Part shown: positions 62,331 through 64,000 of the stretch, one piece after another
Layout: the number at the start of each line of letters is the position of its first letter
Position numbering within the stretch: position 1 is the first letter of the stretch
Assembly: GCA_904063045.1 (NCBI GenBank)
Contig: CAJFCJ010000006.1
Span: 4,790,408-4,854,407, forward strand
Reading direction: 5' to 3'
From: Dimorphilus gyrociliatus
Lineage: Eukaryota > Animalia > Annelida
DNA length: 64,000 nt
Made by a program: the position numbers and the translations under genes
Notes under the pieces: generated by a model
Databases searched by the model: none
What the model was told of the DNA's origin: nothing
What the model saw: only the letters and a program-made list of their open reading frames with translations

Positions 62331-64000
62331 ATGGAAGTTCGTAACTACTCCTGTCTTATCGAGCTTTTAGGTGAGAGTAATGTGGCCCTTCCATCTAGTT
62401 CAAGTGGGATTTTAATTGATAGCCGACTAGGAATTTTATTAACTCATGGCACCGTCCTATTTGAACACCTTTTACATAACAACGATAATCATCGGCAGCT
62501 GTTGAAAAATCAAAGTGTAAACCTAGAAAAATTTAATTTACGAGCTAAAGTTTCCTTTGAAAAATTCGATAAAGATAATCAAAAGAAAAGGAGCACTTCT
62601 CATATACAATTATTTAATTGTAATCAAGGAAGTAGTGTCACTCCAAGAGATAACCATTCAGCGCAAGTTCTACAGATATTTGTTTGTCCAGAATTTGTCA
62701 ACGGATTGAACGATGTAGCACCGAAACATTCCGATTGGTCTTTCAACTATATTGATGACACAAGCGAAAAAGACCAATTAATCATTGATCTACTACCTAC
62801 GTTTGTGTTGCTAAGAATCGATAATTGGCGTAACGAAGTTGAAAATGATTTGAAAATATCACCTATTAAACTAGTTAGAGAAGGTTTAGAAGTATATTCA
62901 GTTGCTACTCCGTTTGCTAATCTTAGTCCAGGAGTATTCTTAAACTCTATTAGTCGGGGAATCATATGTAAAGCTACTGGAAAGCACAAGAGTGTCTTAC
63001 TGACCGACGCTAGATGTGTACCAGGAACCGAAGGTGGACCATTATTCGACAAGCAAGGGTAGGACATTCTAAATATTACATATGTTTACAGTTTAACCTA
63101 CTAATCTCCTTTCAGACGCTTGATAGGCTTAATTGCTTCGTCACTCTGCTGGAAAGGTGGAGAGTTTACCGGTTTGGCCATTGCTTGCTCAATTCAGAGT
63201 CTTCTTCGTTCACTTCCGTTATATAGAGCCATAACGAATATTATAAGGGAAGAGGACGTTGAATTCAGCCATGATCAACAAACATTCTTAGTAGAGAAGC
63301 TATCGAAGAGTGTTGTATACGTTAAATGTGGGGCTCTGAGTGGATCTGGAGTTGTGATCGAGCCTCAGATGGGTTTGATCGCCACTTGCAGACATGTGGT
63401 TGCCCAGTCGGCCTATAATCCTAGTTAGTAAAAGATATAATACAATTTGTATCTTGGAATATTTAACGAGTTAAAACGATTTCATTAAAAATAGCCAAAG
63501 TTAAATTAAGCGACGACTGTGATTGGTTTGAAACTGATGTGATATTTTCGACAAATTCTTCGAGTCCATACGATTTTGCACTGCTCAAAGTAAAACATTT
63601 TGTTGATTTGCCACTTTTGCCAAGCGTTCAAGTTGAAAATAATCCATTTGAAGGTAAAGTAATGTTCTAAAAACTCGTTCAAGATTTATAAGGTCTCAAT
63701 TAAAAACATTCTATTTTATTAATAAATAAAGGAGAAGAACTATTTATGATTGGACACGCTTTGTTAGAGGATAAAGCAAAATATTCACCTATTGTTAGTA
63801 CTGGCTGTCTGGCGAAGTTAGTCTGTCAAGATTCCCTTCCGGTAATGATTCAAAGTACAACAGTTATACTACCAGGTGCGAGTGGGGGAGCACTTTTCGG
63901 TAAAAATGGGCATTTAGTAGGACTAATAGTCTCAAATTCAAAGTAAATACATTCAATAAATACTTGATAATTTATATTCTGTAAAAAATCTAAACTTGAT
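62331..64000 (+). CDS. TYSND1: Peroxisomal leader peptide-processing protease (3'-partial)
   Basis: SSSGILI, FLNSISRGII, LLTDARCVPGTEGGPLF, GSGVVI...TCRHV, YDFALL, PGASGGALF; continues past the window. Confidence 0.88.

Noticed and set aside
1-64000. Prokaryote-type systems (CRISPR arrays, operons, prophage) or horizontally acquired islands
   Set aside because: No spaced direct repeats were seen, and genes are spliceosomal and metazoan-like with uniform composition. The intronless choline kinase is of eukaryotic type.

Overview
This is an AT-rich, gene-dense animal genomic window with about 24 protein-coding loci, mostly 50-70 bp GT-AG introns and very short intergenic gaps. The architecture recalls a miniaturised spiralian genome such as the annelid Dimorphilus; this is inference only. 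Recognisable genes in order: KDM6A/UTX (5' end outside the window), a cyclic-nucleotide-binding protein, a TspanC8-type tetraspanin, PDCD7 (U11-59K), NAA60, HERC3/4, DLG1, NCAPH, an SFR1/Mei5-like gene, kinesin-5, a copine/RGLG-type vWA protein, RFC4, IP6K, choline kinase, a nucleoplasmin-FKBP, ULK3, a GH35-like protein, BICRA/GLTSCR1 and TYSND1 (runs off the right edge). No tRNA, rRNA, CRISPR array or intact transposon could be supported. The most unusual feature is an 8-exon gene (5150-7482, minus) for a 641-aa secreted precursor: EGF domain, Cys-rich region, RKKR furin site, then alternating amphipathic helices and (Gly-Pro-Ser)n blocks built by exon-intron duplication, plus Gly/Lys/His octapeptide repeats. 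Other highlights are an AT-AC U12 intron that restores the NAA60 C-terminus, a putative divergent securin inside a cluster of chromosome-segregation genes with CHR/CCAAT promoters, a probably catalytically dead GH35 protein, a stand-alone PDE9-N-like protein, an ORF nested in an intron, and candidate alternative DLG1 exons. All gene models were spliced by hand and all family calls come from recalled motifs, not database searches.
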